Shown one piece after another: positions 1-11,026 of a stretch of 64,000 nucleotides of DNA; within the stretch, counting starts at the first letter, position 1; each line of letters opens with the position of its first letter. This DNA is from a virus. The stretch spans positions 1 through 64,000 of the IMG/VR virus record IMGVR_UViG_3300020442_000009; one strand, 5' to 3'. Made by a program: the position numbers and the translations under genes. The notes beneath the pieces were generated by a model, which was not told the origin of the DNA, searched no databases, and saw nothing but the letters and a program-made list of their open reading frames with translations.

Positions 1-576
1 AACCTGTCAATATTTCTAACTGCATACAATGCCATACTGAATCCATGTCTTGCTCCACTATTAAATTCATCGTGCGCCATTATTTATCCCCCCAAAATCC
101 ACAAACGCATGGTTTATCAGATACTTTATCAAATAAATTAAATAATATTTTTTGATTATTAAATATTTTTTGTGCCAATGAATTAATTTGATCGTCACTC
201 AATTCATCATCTACTTCATAAAGAAAATTTTGTATTTGTGTTTCTGTAATCATTTGTCTGAATCTATGCTAGTAATAATTAAAACAAAAAGCAAGACTAA
301 AATGCACCCAACTAAAACATTAAGTGCATAAAAGACATCAGGAAGAGATTCCAATAATTTTTTCATGTATTTATATTTGATGGATTTAATTGCTTATTTA
401 CATTATGTTGCATACGAAGCATAATGCCATCTACATATCCAAGATTATTAAAATCTGATTGTTCAATATTTGCTCCATTTTCAAGATCGTCAAGTATGCA
501 CTCGCAAGAACTAATAATATCATATAAATAATATTCTTCTTTACTTATATCTTCTCTATTTGCTTCTTCTTTCATT

Positions 577-1203
577 TTAAACTGCAATTAAACATTCTTC
601 TTCTTGTTCTTCCATTACTGAATTTGTATGTTTATTGTAACCTAGAACTTCTTCTACTATGAAATTTTTAACTGCTTCAGTTATTTGAACTAATTCATGA
701 AACTCATCAAACCCTAAAGCATTTGAATCTCCTTGCCCACCATAACACATACGATAACCTTCGTAAGCAGGAGCAACATTTTTAGAATAAATTTTTTGCC
801 AACTATGTGTTTTTGGGCATTGCTTCCATTGCCAAGGACTATGAAAGGAATTTAGATATACTAATACATCAAGACTCGATTGTTTGTTACCGACACTATC
901 TTCTCTGCTTGTATAGTCAATGAAATCAATATTAGCAGATGGAAAATTTGTTCTCATCTCTTTCATCTGCACCATAACACCTTTATAATTTTCTTTACTA
1001 TAATAAGGATGACCATTTGGGGAAAAATTTTTGCAACCTGTTCGCTTGCACATCTTCACATCACGATCATTCTTACTTTTCCAAGACAAAATATTCTCGC
1101 TAGGTAAAAGTTTCTTAACTAAAGAATTGCTTTTAAAGATAACATCTTTTGGACTCCAAGTAGACCAATTTACATTTACATTTTCAAAATAATTTTTCAT
1201 CAT
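577..1203 (-). CDS. hypothetical protein
   Basis: 208 aa ORF on the main coding strand; no recognised motif. Confidence 0.7.
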   Translation of the reverse strand: MMKNYFENVNVNWSTWSPKDVIFKSNSLVKKLLPSENILSWKSKNDRDVKMCKRTGCKNFSPNGHPYYSKENYKGVMVQMKEMRTNFPSANIDFIDYTSREDSVGNKQSSLDVLVYLNSFHSPWQWKQCPKTHSWQKIYSKNVAPAYEGYRMCYGGQGDSNALGFDEFHELVQITEAVKNFIVEEVLGYNKHTNSVMEEQEEECLIAV

Positions 1204-1861
1204 GTAATCATACTGACAGAGTTATTCATTAATGTCAACATTTTTTTCGCTTACATCTGCAATTTTATTGCACAACCATTCCACAAACTCCCTAGTATCA
1301 ATCATTAATCTCTTTGTATTATCTTGTTTTAACCAAAAAGCAAATTGATCTGCATACATTTTATGACGATCTCTAACTTCTTCCAAATCTAATAGCGTAA
1401 ATTTTTTCATGCAATTATCTAAGAAATGTGCTATAATTTTACTTCCTTCTTGAATTTCTCTTATTTCAAACTCTCTATCTTGGTAACTCATTTTTCAACT
1501 CCTACAACAATATCCTCAATTAAATTTTTTATATGGTCATCAATAGACTCGCATATTGCATCGGCAATCATTAGTTGTGCAGATTCTGATTGTAAATTAA
1601 TTTGACAAGAACCTGTATTAGTGCAAGCAATAGATTTTATTGTATTTAAAATTAAACTATGTATATCTTCATTAACCATACTAAATTATATTTGAAATAT
1701 GTCCTGTTTCTTCTGTTGTGTAATTTGCAAAATGATAACCATGATCTGTATAAAATCCTTCTATTATTTCACAGGCATCTAATACTAATTGATTTCCCTC
1801 ACCTAATGCAGAAGACTCTGCTTCATTTAAAACTAATTCTAATGCTTTTTCAAGATTCATA

Positions 1862-2596
1862 TTATTTATTATTTAATTCTAGTATTTGTTTATTTGCTCT
1901 TTCAGCAAAATTTAACATTTCAGTTTTAGTTAAAATTTTATCTAACTTAAATATCATTTGTTGTTGCTCAAGAAAATCCTGCAAATTCTGATTTCTAATA
2001 GGAGAATATGTATTTTTAGTTTGTCTATTAGAATTTTCAGATGCAGTTTTCTTTTGGTGAAACTCTGTTAGTAACCATTGTATATTTTCTAAATGATAAT
2101 GCAAGCCTTTTTGTTTGTCTGCTTCTGCCCAATCATTTCGACGCACCCTATGGTCTACATCTAGTCTTGCCATCACTTCCAAATTATTTTCATTTTGACC
2201 ATGATGTAAAAATGTACTAGCAACTACTCTATGAATTGCAACTGCACAACGTTTTGGCTTTATTGAAGCATCAGAGCATACATTGACAAATTCATTTTTA
2301 GATATATTGCAAACTTTATAATTAAAAACTCCATTACTATTTTTACCTTGATGTGTTGCGCCTTTCCCATTAACTCTTATCATATCACCACTCTTGGAAA
2401 TTTTATAAATAGATGCAAACTTTTCTTTTACTTGTTTTTGTTTTTCTTTAGGAGTATTCCCCCACCACATAGTGTCTTGTTGGTTTTTTTTCCTAGATTT
2501 AGTCCAAGTCCATTCACAATTTGCATCATAGAATTTTACCCCTTCAATAGTTGCAAAATAAGATAATTCTTTTTCTTTCTTTAATATTCTTTTCAT
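1862..2596 (-). CDS. HNH homing endonuclease-like protein
   Basis: YKISKSGD (NUMOD4-like), IHRVVASTF, VDH...NIQWL resemble phage HNH_3 proteins. Confidence 0.65.
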   Translation of the reverse strand: MKRILKKEKELSYFATIEGVKFYDANCEWTWTKSRKKNQQDTMWWGNTPKEKQKQVKEKFASIYKISKSGDMIRVNGKGATHQGKNSNGVFNYKVCNISKNEFVNVCSDASIKPKRCAVAIHRVVASTFLHHGQNENNLEVMARLDVDHRVRRNDWAEADKQKGLHYHLENIQWLLTEFHQKKTASENSNRQTKNTYSPIRNQNLQDFLEQQQMIFKLDKILTKTEMLNFAERANKQILELNNK

Positions 2597-3207
2597 ATTA
2601 TTTTGTATTCCAATTTTTTAATTCACCAAAAGTTCTTTCCCATTCTTCTCTTACTTGAACATCAAAAATTTCATCAAGAGGTTCAACTCCATACATTAAC
2701 ATATCAATAATATCTGAAACACTCATATTCATTGCTTCGTATTCTGCAAGGTCATATCTCATTTCGTCAATGGTAGGATTGCCTTCTCGCATTTCTCTTT
2801 GTGTTGTTCTCATGTTTTTTCTCCTTCTTGTGTTGCTACTATCAATAACTTAACATCTTCACCATCTCCTGTCAAGCCTAATTCTTCGACAATTTGCCCA
2901 AATATTGCTCCATCAGAAGGATCAATACTAATCCATGCACAATTTCCATGATCGTTAGAAACTATATCCCACTCATGCTCTAGCAATCTAGCTTTTTGAT
3001 ATTTAGTTAATTTCATAATCCTTTAGTTCTTCTAGTTGTTCATATAAGTCATCTATATGCTTTTCTATTCTAGCAATAGTTTCAACTTCATTTGGCTCTC
3101 TTAGGTGAAAATGTTCTAATTCTGCTTCTAAGTCTCTAATATGCAAGAAAGTGTCTTTGCACATTTGCTTTCTTTCTTCTTCAGTTTTTAAACCCTCTAA
3201 TGCTTTA

Positions 3208-3468
3208 CTATTCATATCTTCTGTCATAAATTCTATCATCTCTTTCGTCATCTAATTTAGACCAATCGACTTCATCGGCTTTTATTTTCCATGCAATTTC
3301 TCCATTTGTAGGATCAGCATATTCAATACTAAAATCACAATCGTCAAGAGTTTTATATGGATCATACTCTCGCACTATTTGCTCTGCCTCATCTCGACTT
3401 TCTGCTTCGACATAAAAACAATTAATTATTTTTATTCCAACACAATATTCTCTTTTTTTATTATTCAT
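3208..3468 (-). CDS. small phage protein, VEAxSxxEA family
   Basis: FYVEAESRDEAEQ motif, shared with ORFs at 3461 and 6679. Confidence 0.55.
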   Translation of the reverse strand: MNNKKREYCVGIKIINCFYVEAESRDEAEQIVREYDPYKTLDDCDFSIEYADPTNGEIAWKIKADEVDWSKLDDERDDRIYDRRYE

Positions 3469-3649
3469 TTTTTTCTTGTTCTTCTACAAAACTAAGTTCT
3501 GCATTAAGTTTCCACACTTTCGGAATTTCCCAATCAGCATCAACTTCATCCATTGCCCTATCTACTGCATCATCTGCTGATTCTGCATCAATAAAATAAG
3601 TGCGATAAGTTGTACCCATTATTTCTACTTCATACGTCTTCATCTTCAA
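3461..3649 (-). CDS. small phage protein, VEAxSxxEA family
   Basis: YFIDAESADDAVD motif. Confidence 0.55.
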   Translation of the reverse strand: MKMKTYEVEIMGTTYRTYFIDAESADDAVDRAMDEVDADWEIPKVWKLNAELSFVEEQEKNE

Positions 3650-3926
3650 TATCCTTTAGTTTAGATTTTATTGCTTCTTCGCATAATTGATTAAATGTTA
3701 TTCCTTTTTCATGCGCGAATATCATATATCTTAGCAAATCGTCCTTATCAATGTCAAGCGAAATAGTTTCATATTTTACTTTTTTAATAATAAATGCGTC
3801 ATCTTGTGGGATAAACTTTAACTCATCCCCCACTTCCCAACCCAATCTATCTAGTAATTCATTAGGCAAACGAAAATATAATTCTCCATCAAAACTTTCT
3901 TTAACTTCTAATTCTGTTACTTTCAT
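3630..3926 (-). CDS. AbrB/MazE-type DNA-binding protein with a possible C-terminal ribbon-helix-helix
   Basis: GELYFRLPNELLDRLGWEVGDELKF fits the AbrB swapped-hairpin pattern; AHEKGITFNQLCEEAI is RHH-like. Confidence 0.65.
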   Translation of the reverse strand: MKVTELEVKESFDGELYFRLPNELLDRLGWEVGDELKFIPQDDAFIIKKVKYETISLDIDKDDLLRYMIFAHEKGITFNQLCEEAIKSKLKDIEDEDV

Positions 3927-4605
3927 GTCAGTTGGTTGTACATATTATGTTGCCAATCTTCTACTTTTTTTTGTTTATCTTCTTTAAGGTGACCTTGCAT
4001 ATTGTCATTCCTCTCTTCTTCAGTAAACCATTGATACTCGGTATTAAACATATCGTCTACATTGCTTGGATGGAATCCTGCATTGACAAGTAGACCTTTA
4101 AACTGCTCTACCAATTCATTCAAATTTGTACCATCAAATGATTCATCTGATTCAACACTATAAGTTTTTTCATGTAATGTAAGTGATAATTTCATTTTAT
4201 ATAATTTCCTTTTTCTGCCATAACTTTACTACCCCAATGCAATGGTTCGTCATCATTTAAATCGCAAGCAATTTCTATGTTAGAAACATTATGCCATGCT
4301 TGGTCTGCATAAATAGTACCATCGGCATTAAGACTTGGTTTTTTAAATTTTTTATTGCAATTATTTTGAATATGTCTATCAATAAGCTCAATGTCATCAG
4401 CAATGCAAGCCAAACGATGTCTAAGTTCAAAATTTTCTTTCAACAATCTTTCCATATTTTCCTTATGTATTCTTTGCTCGACTTCATTTAGATAAGTACA
4501 AGCAGAATCAAGAGTCAAGTCAGATGTCTTTGCTTTTTCTGCAAGTGTCTGCTTAACAGAATCTTCGTAAGTTGGATAATCGTCTCCTATAATTTCTTTC
4601 ATAAT

Positions 4606-4962
4606 TTATTCCTCGTAAATATAAATAGGAGTATATTCCCCTATGTAAGCGCCGTCAACATTAAAATCAAAAAACTCTCTTGCTTCTTCCTCTGTCATTC
4701 CATCTCTCTCGATAAAAGTTTCAACAATTTTATTAACAGAGTAAACTACTTTACCCTTTGTGTCAATACCTAAAATTGACTCATCAAGCCCATCGGCAAA
4801 CATTGCCTCTTCATTCGCTTGTAGACACATCTCTTTCATTAACCTAATCCTTTCGGAATGTTCTAGTCTCATTTGTTCTATTGTTTCATCCATTTCTTCA
4901 CCCTCATTTGCTCTTAGATTTTTTAAATCTTCTATTGCTTTAAATTTAATATTTGCTAACAT
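4606..4962 (-). CDS. conserved hypothetical phage protein
   Basis: FADGLDESILG...MTEEEAREFFDFNV.GAY.GE.TP pattern familiar from aquatic phages. Confidence 0.6.
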   Translation of the reverse strand: MLANIKFKAIEDLKNLRANEGEEMDETIEQMRLEHSERIRLMKEMCLQANEEAMFADGLDESILGIDTKGKVVYSVNKIVETFIERDGMTEEEAREFFDFNVDGAYIGEYTPIYIYEE

Positions 4963-5979
4963 AATGAAAACAATAAACTATAAATTATAAATTGTCAAGA
5001 ATTTATTTTAGGCAACCCTGTTTTCTTTCTGCACTTTACATTTGATTTATACATCTCTTGTTGATGTTTAAGTTCTCTGTCATCTTGTTGCAACAAGCGA
5101 ATTGCTTTATCTTCTGTCATATTTTTATGAAGAATTTGATTTACAAATAATTGTATATTTCTAGTCGTAAGACGATAGGGATGACTTCTACAAAGAAATT
5201 TATAAAACTTCCCACTAATTTTGCCATGCTTTACTTTTTTATAAAGAAACCTTCTGTAATTGCAATTTCTAGTATTATGTAAAGTTTTCATTTATTTAAT
5301 TTTTTTAATAAATACTCTGCCTCTGTTATTGCTCTATCATAATTACCTTGATCCATGAAAAATTCAAGACTTTTAAGTACATCAAAACAGGATTCTTTTT
5401 CTTCTTCTGATTGAAATTGTTTAGTATTTGCAATAGCATCAACTATTTTTTCAGTCAACTCAAGTAATTTTTGTTCTTGTTTACTCATTAATTCCAATCA
5501 AAATCTGCTGATATTGCAAAAGCCAATCTATCTTTCCAAGGATTGCCATATTGATCTTTTTGAGTAGGATCGGTAATCTTTACTATAATATTTGCACCCC
5601 AATCATTTAACTCTTCTCCATCGGTACAATAATCACAATCAATATTTAATGTAGCAGTATCCTCTACGTGAACATCTTCTTTGTAATCAAGAAACCAAAC
5701 AGGGACAGATAAACCTTCTTCCACTAAATCATCTCTAATTGTTAAATGACTATTTTTTGCACTCATTCAAATATATCTCCTTTATAATAATTAAATCCTT
5801 CTAATTGATTTTCAGCTTCGTGATTCAACTTATAAAGATTAACTGAAATTGTATCATCATGATTATTGATATGCAAAGAATATCCATCTATTGTAATCCA
5901 TGCAGTTTTACCTGTCAAGACAAAATCTTCCCCACTACCATTAGCTAGTTGAATTGTCATGTCTTCACTTGCTACTATA

Positions 5980-6654
5980 TTATTTTGCATATTCTTTTTT
6001 CTCCATTAATTTTTTAATTTCATCACTTGCATTTGCCCAATAAGAACTTTTCATATCATCAGTCTGATGGCGTCTTTCTGCTTGAACCATTCTCATACCA
6101 TAATGATGCCATACTTTGCATATCTTGTCAATATTTTTATCATTAGGCTTTACTTTAAAATGATTCCAACATTTTTCTCCATCAATAGTTTCTGTCTCTA
6201 TCCATTCAGCAGGAAAACCTTGAGAAAAATACATTAAATAATTGTCATCTGCAAACTTCATAGCAAGAGATACAAAACTATCTTCTCGCTCATGCGACTC
6301 GTAAAGGTCGGCATCTTCATACCAAGACTCATGGACACTAATTTCAAATTGAAAAGTATCTTTAATTGCAACGTATTCTTGTTCCCACTTTTGGCGATTA
6401 TCGTCACCATGTTCTAATATGTCAAGGGTATGAGCTTTGCCATACCATTTCATATGCTTCATGACAGGACTTGCATAGATAATTTTTTGAAACTCTCTAA
6501 GAAGTTCTGCATTTGACTTTTCAGTCATTGATGTTCTTCTAAAACTTACTGATAAACCTTCTCCACTCATAGTACAAAAAATATTATTAAACTGATAGTT
6601 AGTATATTGATTCCAATAATGTAAGTCAACAATAAAATATCTTTTATTGTCCAA
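5980..6654 (-). CDS. hypothetical protein
   Basis: 224 aa ORF, no recognised motif. Confidence 0.65.
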   Translation of the reverse strand: MDNKRYFIVDLHYWNQYTNYQFNNIFCTMSGEGLSVSFRRTSMTEKSNAELLREFQKIIYASPVMKHMKWYGKAHTLDILEHGDDNRQKWEQEYVAIKDTFQFEISVHESWYEDADLYESHEREDSFVSLAMKFADDNYLMYFSQGFPAEWIETETIDGEKCWNHFKVKPNDKNIDKICKVWHHYGMRMVQAERRHQTDDMKSSYWANASDEIKKLMEKKEYAK

Positions 6655-6678
6655 CCATTTTCTTTGAAATCTTTATCA

Positions 6679-6876
6679 TCAAACTGATTCATTATTCCAA
6701 GTTTCTTCAAGAATAGCATTTTGATAGTCTTTGCGAGTCATGTCACAAAGTTCACCCACAATGTCCATGCCCCCTTCTTCTTCCAATAGTTGTCTTGCCT
6801 CTTCCTCGCTATCAGCATTTACCTCGTAAACATAAGTAGCAGGAACACTAAATATATAAGTATTACTCATCTTCAA
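6679..6876 (-). CDS. small phage protein, VEAxSxxEA family
   Basis: YEVNADSEEEARQ motif. Confidence 0.55.
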   Translation of the reverse strand: MKMSNTYIFSVPATYVYEVNADSEEEARQLLEEEGGMDIVGELCDMTRKDYQNAILEETWNNESV

Positions 6877-7264
6877 ATTCTACCTCAAAATTTCCATAAC
6901 TTTTATTATAACTAAATAGATAATGATCTCTACTTGTATCTATTTGATGATATTTACTTTCTTCATTTGGTGGATCAACTGCATAGGCACAAACATCCCA
7001 AGACCATTCGCTTGGATCGCCATATTTATATTCACCATCCTCGGTAAATTCTCCAACCTCATCGCCACAATAAATATTGTAATCTATGTAAGTGCCATCT
7101 TCTAGTTTATAACTATTCCAATAATCAAAGTTATCTCCATCAGTTTTAACTTCAGCATTAAGCTCAACTTTTTTAATATGAGTTAATGCTAGATCAATTA
7201 TCGCAAGCCTAGCACTAGCAGGGACTCTCCATCGTTCTTCTACTTCTAATTTCATAATCCATGT

Positions 7265-7293
7265 ATCCTAAGTTAATTATTTTATAATGTCAA
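7265..7293 (-). promoter_or_regulatory. sigma70-type promoter
   Basis: TTGACA-17 nt-TAGGAT upstream of ORF 6863..7255. Confidence 0.65.
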
Positions 7294-7330
7294 ACACAAA
7301 CTAAAATATTATCACAATATGATACCTTCA

Positions 7331-8326
7331 CTATAGCATAGGAAAAAGTATCTTAAAATTTTTTCTCAAAAGTTTAATTGCAAGGTCTTTCTGTTTCACT
7401 TCACATTCCCATTTTGCTTCCATATTTGGTTCAATGGCAATCATAGGTGGAAGATTACCTAGAGCAAAATAATCTGCATGGGAACGAGGTTTTTGTGGAG
7501 TACCTTCTGACCAATGAAAGACAGGAGCAAGGAAATTGTTATCACCTCTTCCTTGATTTATCCATGTATATGCACACCTTTCTGCTTGAAATACAATACT
7601 GCGATCTTCTGATGGATTGCAAAAGTCATGTAGATTGTCATAGCAAACAGGAATATTAACACCATGAACTGCAAATAAATGCTCGCTAAATTTAATGCAA
7701 TTATCTACATTAAAGAAACCTTTGTCTTCATTCTCGATAGTTAGTCGATTGTAAACACCTTTATCGCACATAGAAAGATTGCGAAAAAATCTAGTTGCAA
7801 CTACCTCTAGTGTCTCATCTGCTTGTGGAGTATAATTAACATGAATATTCATTGGTGCAGTATGGTCTTGAGGTAGACCTAGCATATCAAGCACACTTGC
7901 TTGAAAATTTAGTTCATTTATTGTGCGATCAACTTTTGACCTATCTGTTGATGCAAGAACATTAAATTGGTCGGGATGAGAACCGATAGATATATTAAAT
8001 TTTTTAGCAATTTTACCTGCAAAAGCCAACTCTTCTTTTATCTGAACTAGATGAGGTAGATCATCTAAGCATACATCTGTTTTGTCATCTGTGATAAGAG
8101 GAAACAATGCAGAACTTAGTCTGTAATGAGATATATCATTCAATGCACAATGATTTAGTATGTATCTAGTCACCCTTGCATTATGCAAGATTCTCTCTGA
8201 CAACTGATGGATTGCATCATCTCTATCGAGATCATTGAATCTTTTGCGAGTCATAGTGCGAAAGGAATATTTCTTCTTATCCTTTAGCTTTAGTTCTTCG
8301 CTAATACAAGTAAGACCTAGTATCAT
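7331..8326 (-). CDS. uvsE: UV damage endonuclease (UVDE family)
   Basis: LGLTC, YRLSSALFP, SHPDQFNVL, NIHV, LTIENED, YDNLH, HWSE, HADY, EVKQKD motifs. Confidence 0.92.
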   Translation of the reverse strand: MILGLTCISEELKLKDKKKYSFRTMTRKRFNDLDRDDAIHQLSERILHNARVTRYILNHCALNDISHYRLSSALFPLITDDKTDVCLDDLPHLVQIKEELAFAGKIAKKFNISIGSHPDQFNVLASTDRSKVDRTINELNFQASVLDMLGLPQDHTAPMNIHVNYTPQADETLEVVATRFFRNLSMCDKGVYNRLTIENEDKGFFNVDNCIKFSEHLFAVHGVNIPVCYDNLHDFCNPSEDRSIVFQAERCAYTWINQGRGDNNFLAPVFHWSEGTPQKPRSHADYFALGNLPPMIAIEPNMEAKWECEVKQKDLAIKLLRKNFKILFPML

Positions 8327-8593
8327 TCTACTTCTCCTTCTGAATTTGTTACTTTCATTGCCATTGTTCCATCATCATAGTTTGGAAAATTAGATTTGTC
8401 AACATTTTTATTTTTAGAAAATTGATAATCTTGCCACATCATTTCATAACGAGCTTTATGTAGCTCACTCATACCTATCAACATATTTAGTAGTTCATCT
8501 TCTGTAAATTTTCGAGCAGAATCACCTATCGCATAGATTATTGCTTCTATATCTTGTTGGATATGATTCATCCTACCCATTGTTTCTTCTAAT

Positions 8594-9073
8594 TTATTCA
8601 TTGTATTTGACTATGTATGTTTTGAATTTCCTATTAACTAAAATGTCATTTATCATGGCAAAAATTATAGACCAACTTCCCCCTGCAAGCCCACAAGAAA
8701 TCATCCAAGGTAATCCCAAAACAGAAGTCTTGTCATCATTATTATCTTCCCACTCAATAGTATTTGCAACTTTAGTTAAAGCTACATAAAATGCTTCATA
8801 ATTTACTGATCTTTCATCCCCAATCTTCGATTGCGTATACATATTATAGATGCCTTTAGTTTGAGTTGCATCTGTAACTGCAAAACTATAATCACCTAAC
8901 ACATTGTCATCCTCATACATTGCATGACAATCAGCTTCATAAGCCATAGGATAACGATCTTTTATTTGCCTAGCAATCCCTGCTCCCATAACATTATGTG
9001 TGTTACAAGAATGAGCAATAAAATCTATGCCATTAGGGAAATCAAGAAGATTGCCATTTATTATTTTTACCAT
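8594..9073 (-). CDS. macrodomain (ADP-ribose processing) protein
   Basis: INGNLLD, AHSCN...MGAGIARQIK, NMYTQ, PWMISCGLAGGSW. Confidence 0.88.
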   Translation of the reverse strand: MVKIINGNLLDFPNGIDFIAHSCNTHNVMGAGIARQIKDRYPMAYEADCHAMYEDDNVLGDYSFAVTDATQTKGIYNMYTQSKIGDERSVNYEAFYVALTKVANTIEWEDNNDDKTSVLGLPWMISCGLAGGSWSIIFAMINDILVNRKFKTYIVKYNE

Positions 9074-9079
9074 AGAGAT

Positions 9080-9108
9080 ATGTTAGCATAGCGATGTTTA
9101 TATGTCAA
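9080..9108 (-). promoter_or_regulatory. sigma70-type promoter (leaderless geometry)
   Basis: TTGACA-17-TAACAT, 6 nt before the ATG at 9073. Confidence 0.65.
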
Positions 9109-9658
9109 GTTTAAATGGTATAATTGTATTACCTTTTTCGTCTTTATTAAGTGGTTCTACTAACTTACATTTATTTGGGTCAGCAATAAAAATACTAGGA
9201 TGATTTTCTGAATCTAATACTCTTTTTAAGTTATTTGGATTAATCTCAACACATTCTAGCAAGTCTTTACCATTATGTTTATGTATATCATAAGAATGAG
9301 GATATAATCCCTCTTCTTGATTTAGATAACACAAAATCCTTCCATACCTTTTTCTTGTTTTACCTTTGTAAAAAACAAAAGAACCTATTTCAAAATCCTT
9401 TTTCTTAAAAAGGTCTAGTCTAGGAATATAATATTTAACATTATCTCTTTTAATTTTAAAAAGTTTATGCTCACCAAAAAGATTTTCAATCGGCATTAAT
9501 GTTTTGTGATGAACTAAAATACATTCAAGTGTTGGATTAGAATTATTGTCATCTAAAATGGTAACTATTTGACCTATTCTTCTTTTAAATTTAAAATTCT
9601 TTTCTTTAACAAAATCGCCTATTGATAAATTTTTGTTAATCTTCTTTATTGTAGCCAT
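9098..9658 (-). CDS. hypothetical protein with two internally repeated SH3/KOW-like halves
   Basis: IGDFV...RIGQI...LECI is repeated as IGSFV...RYGRI...LECV. Confidence 0.55.
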   Translation of the reverse strand: MATIKKINKNLSIGDFVKEKNFKFKRRIGQIVTILDDNNSNPTLECILVHHKTLMPIENLFGEHKLFKIKRDNVKYYIPRLDLFKKKDFEIGSFVFYKGKTRKRYGRILCYLNQEEGLYPHSYDIHKHNGKDLLECVEINPNNLKRVLDSENHPSIFIADPNKCKLVEPLNKDEKGNTIIPFKLDI

Positions 9659-9664
9659 AACTCA

Positions 9665-9693
9665 AATATAGCAACATTTTTCATTTAAGTCAA
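9665..9693 (-). promoter_or_regulatory. sigma70-type promoter (leaderless geometry)
   Basis: TTGACT-17-TATATT, 6 nt before the ATG at 9658. Confidence 0.65.
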
Positions 9694-10085
9694 GTCTTTT
9701 CCCATCTATTATCGTAATTTAATCTAAAACTACCTTTATGTTTTTCTCCCCAAGAACATTCGTGTGGGGCAAATAAGCTCATAAAATATTTTCCATTATC
9801 TTTTTGGTATAAATGATATATATTTCCAATGACAGGTTTCATTCGCATCTCTGCATTAAATATAATTTCATTCCATTTTACATCTTCTGAAAGTTTTTCA
9901 AATTCTTCTTTTAATTTATTAAAACGTTCTTCATAATGTTTATTTGCAGAGTGAACTGCTCCAATTTTCCATCCACCAAGACTATGATTGGGGCGAATGA
10001 TAGGAGCGCCTATATTGCTTGCATAAGGTAAAGAATGTGGGTTGGGTGCAACATTGTCTGGTAGATTTTTTTCATTCATCACCAA
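9690..10085 (-). CDS. DUF2452-like protein
   Basis: LPYASNIGAP.I, KPVIGNIYHLY, SL.AP.E, GSFRL...RW. Confidence 0.65.
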   Translation of the reverse strand: MVMNEKNLPDNVAPNPHSLPYASNIGAPIIRPNHSLGGWKIGAVHSANKHYEERFNKLKEEFEKLSEDVKWNEIIFNAEMRMKPVIGNIYHLYQKDNGKYFMSLFAPHECSWGEKHKGSFRLNYDNRWEKT

Positions 10086-10269
10086 TTTTTAATTATATTT
10101 GCTATAATAAATAAACAAGTCACCATATTTAAAACGACTATAATGGTTCTTAGGATTAAACTATATCTAGCTTCTTTTAATGAAAGAATAGGTATATTTG
10201 GTTCATCTTCGTCTGTTTTGCCAACTCGATGATCCAATGTTCTAGCCCATATTAACCAAAATTTTTTAA

Positions 10270-10695
10270 TCATTCTACATCAATAAAAACTTCTTCTTCA
10301 ACAAAAAGTAAATCTTTATCTTCTTCCTTTTTTGTTAAATTTAATGGACGTTGCCATCCTTCTCCATTATGTATTTCAGCAGTATCTTTTGGTTGTTCAA
10401 ATTTTAAATTTAAAGATTGAGCCAAAGCTCTTATTTCATGACTACTCAAAGGTAGTCTTTTGCCATTTACCCAAACTGCATAAGGGCGACTGCCATTTAA
10501 ATTAAATGGATGGGGAATTGGGTTAATTTGTATTTCAGCTAACTCCAAAATATTTGGAGTGTAATTAGGTGGTGGTGTAGGTGGAACTATGATAGGTGGT
10601 GGTGGTGGTATAGGTAGTTCTATATCTTCAACCACCTTGTTACTATGTTTACATCCAATGCAAACAAAAAATAATCCAATAATTCCATACTTCAT
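10270..10695 (-). CDS. putative Pro-rich lipoprotein
   Basis: Signal MKYGIIGLFFVCIG-C (lipobox-like), then poly-Pro linker. Confidence 0.55.
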   Translation of the reverse strand: MKYGIIGLFFVCIGCKHSNKVVEDIELPIPPPPPIIVPPTPPPNYTPNILELAEIQINPIPHPFNLNGSRPYAVWVNGKRLPLSSHEIRALAQSLNLKFEQPKDTAEIHNGEGWQRPLNLTKKEEDKDLLFVEEEVFIDVE

Positions 10696-10843
10696 AATAT
10701 TTTACTCCCAAAACAATATCATTATAAAAATGATAACCAATAAAATCAACCCCCAATTTTGTTTTTCCCAATTCATTTGTTTTTTAAAAATTCGTAAGTG
10801 AAAGCAAGAGCGAGAAAAATTAACATACCTATAACAAAATAAT

Positions 10844-11026
10844 CTAACATTTTCTAAATTCCTTGATTTTAGCAATCCAATTTTCTACATCAGAAATTTC
10901 GTCACAAATTTTACCCCAATTATTTTTATCATGTTTATTTACTGCTTGTAAAAGTTCAACAGAAAGTTCTGTCAACTCCTCTGTAAGTTTAAGAAATATA
11001 TGTTTCTCTAAGCGTTTTAATTTCAT
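10844..11026 (-). CDS. MazG-like/all-alpha NTP pyrophosphohydrolase, small type
   Basis: KLTEELTEL...DEISDV pattern. Confidence 0.55.
   Translation of the reverse strand: MKLKRLEKHIFLKLTEELTELSVELLQAVNKHDKNNWGKICDEISDVENWIAKIKEFRKC

Larger units (their letters stand above)
363..7255 (-). other. Array of about 25 small, tightly packed hypothetical phage ORFs (early/host-takeover-type region)
   Basis: Co-oriented 60-240 aa ORFs, many with overlapping stop/start codons, mostly acidic, few recognisable motifs. Confidence 0.7.
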
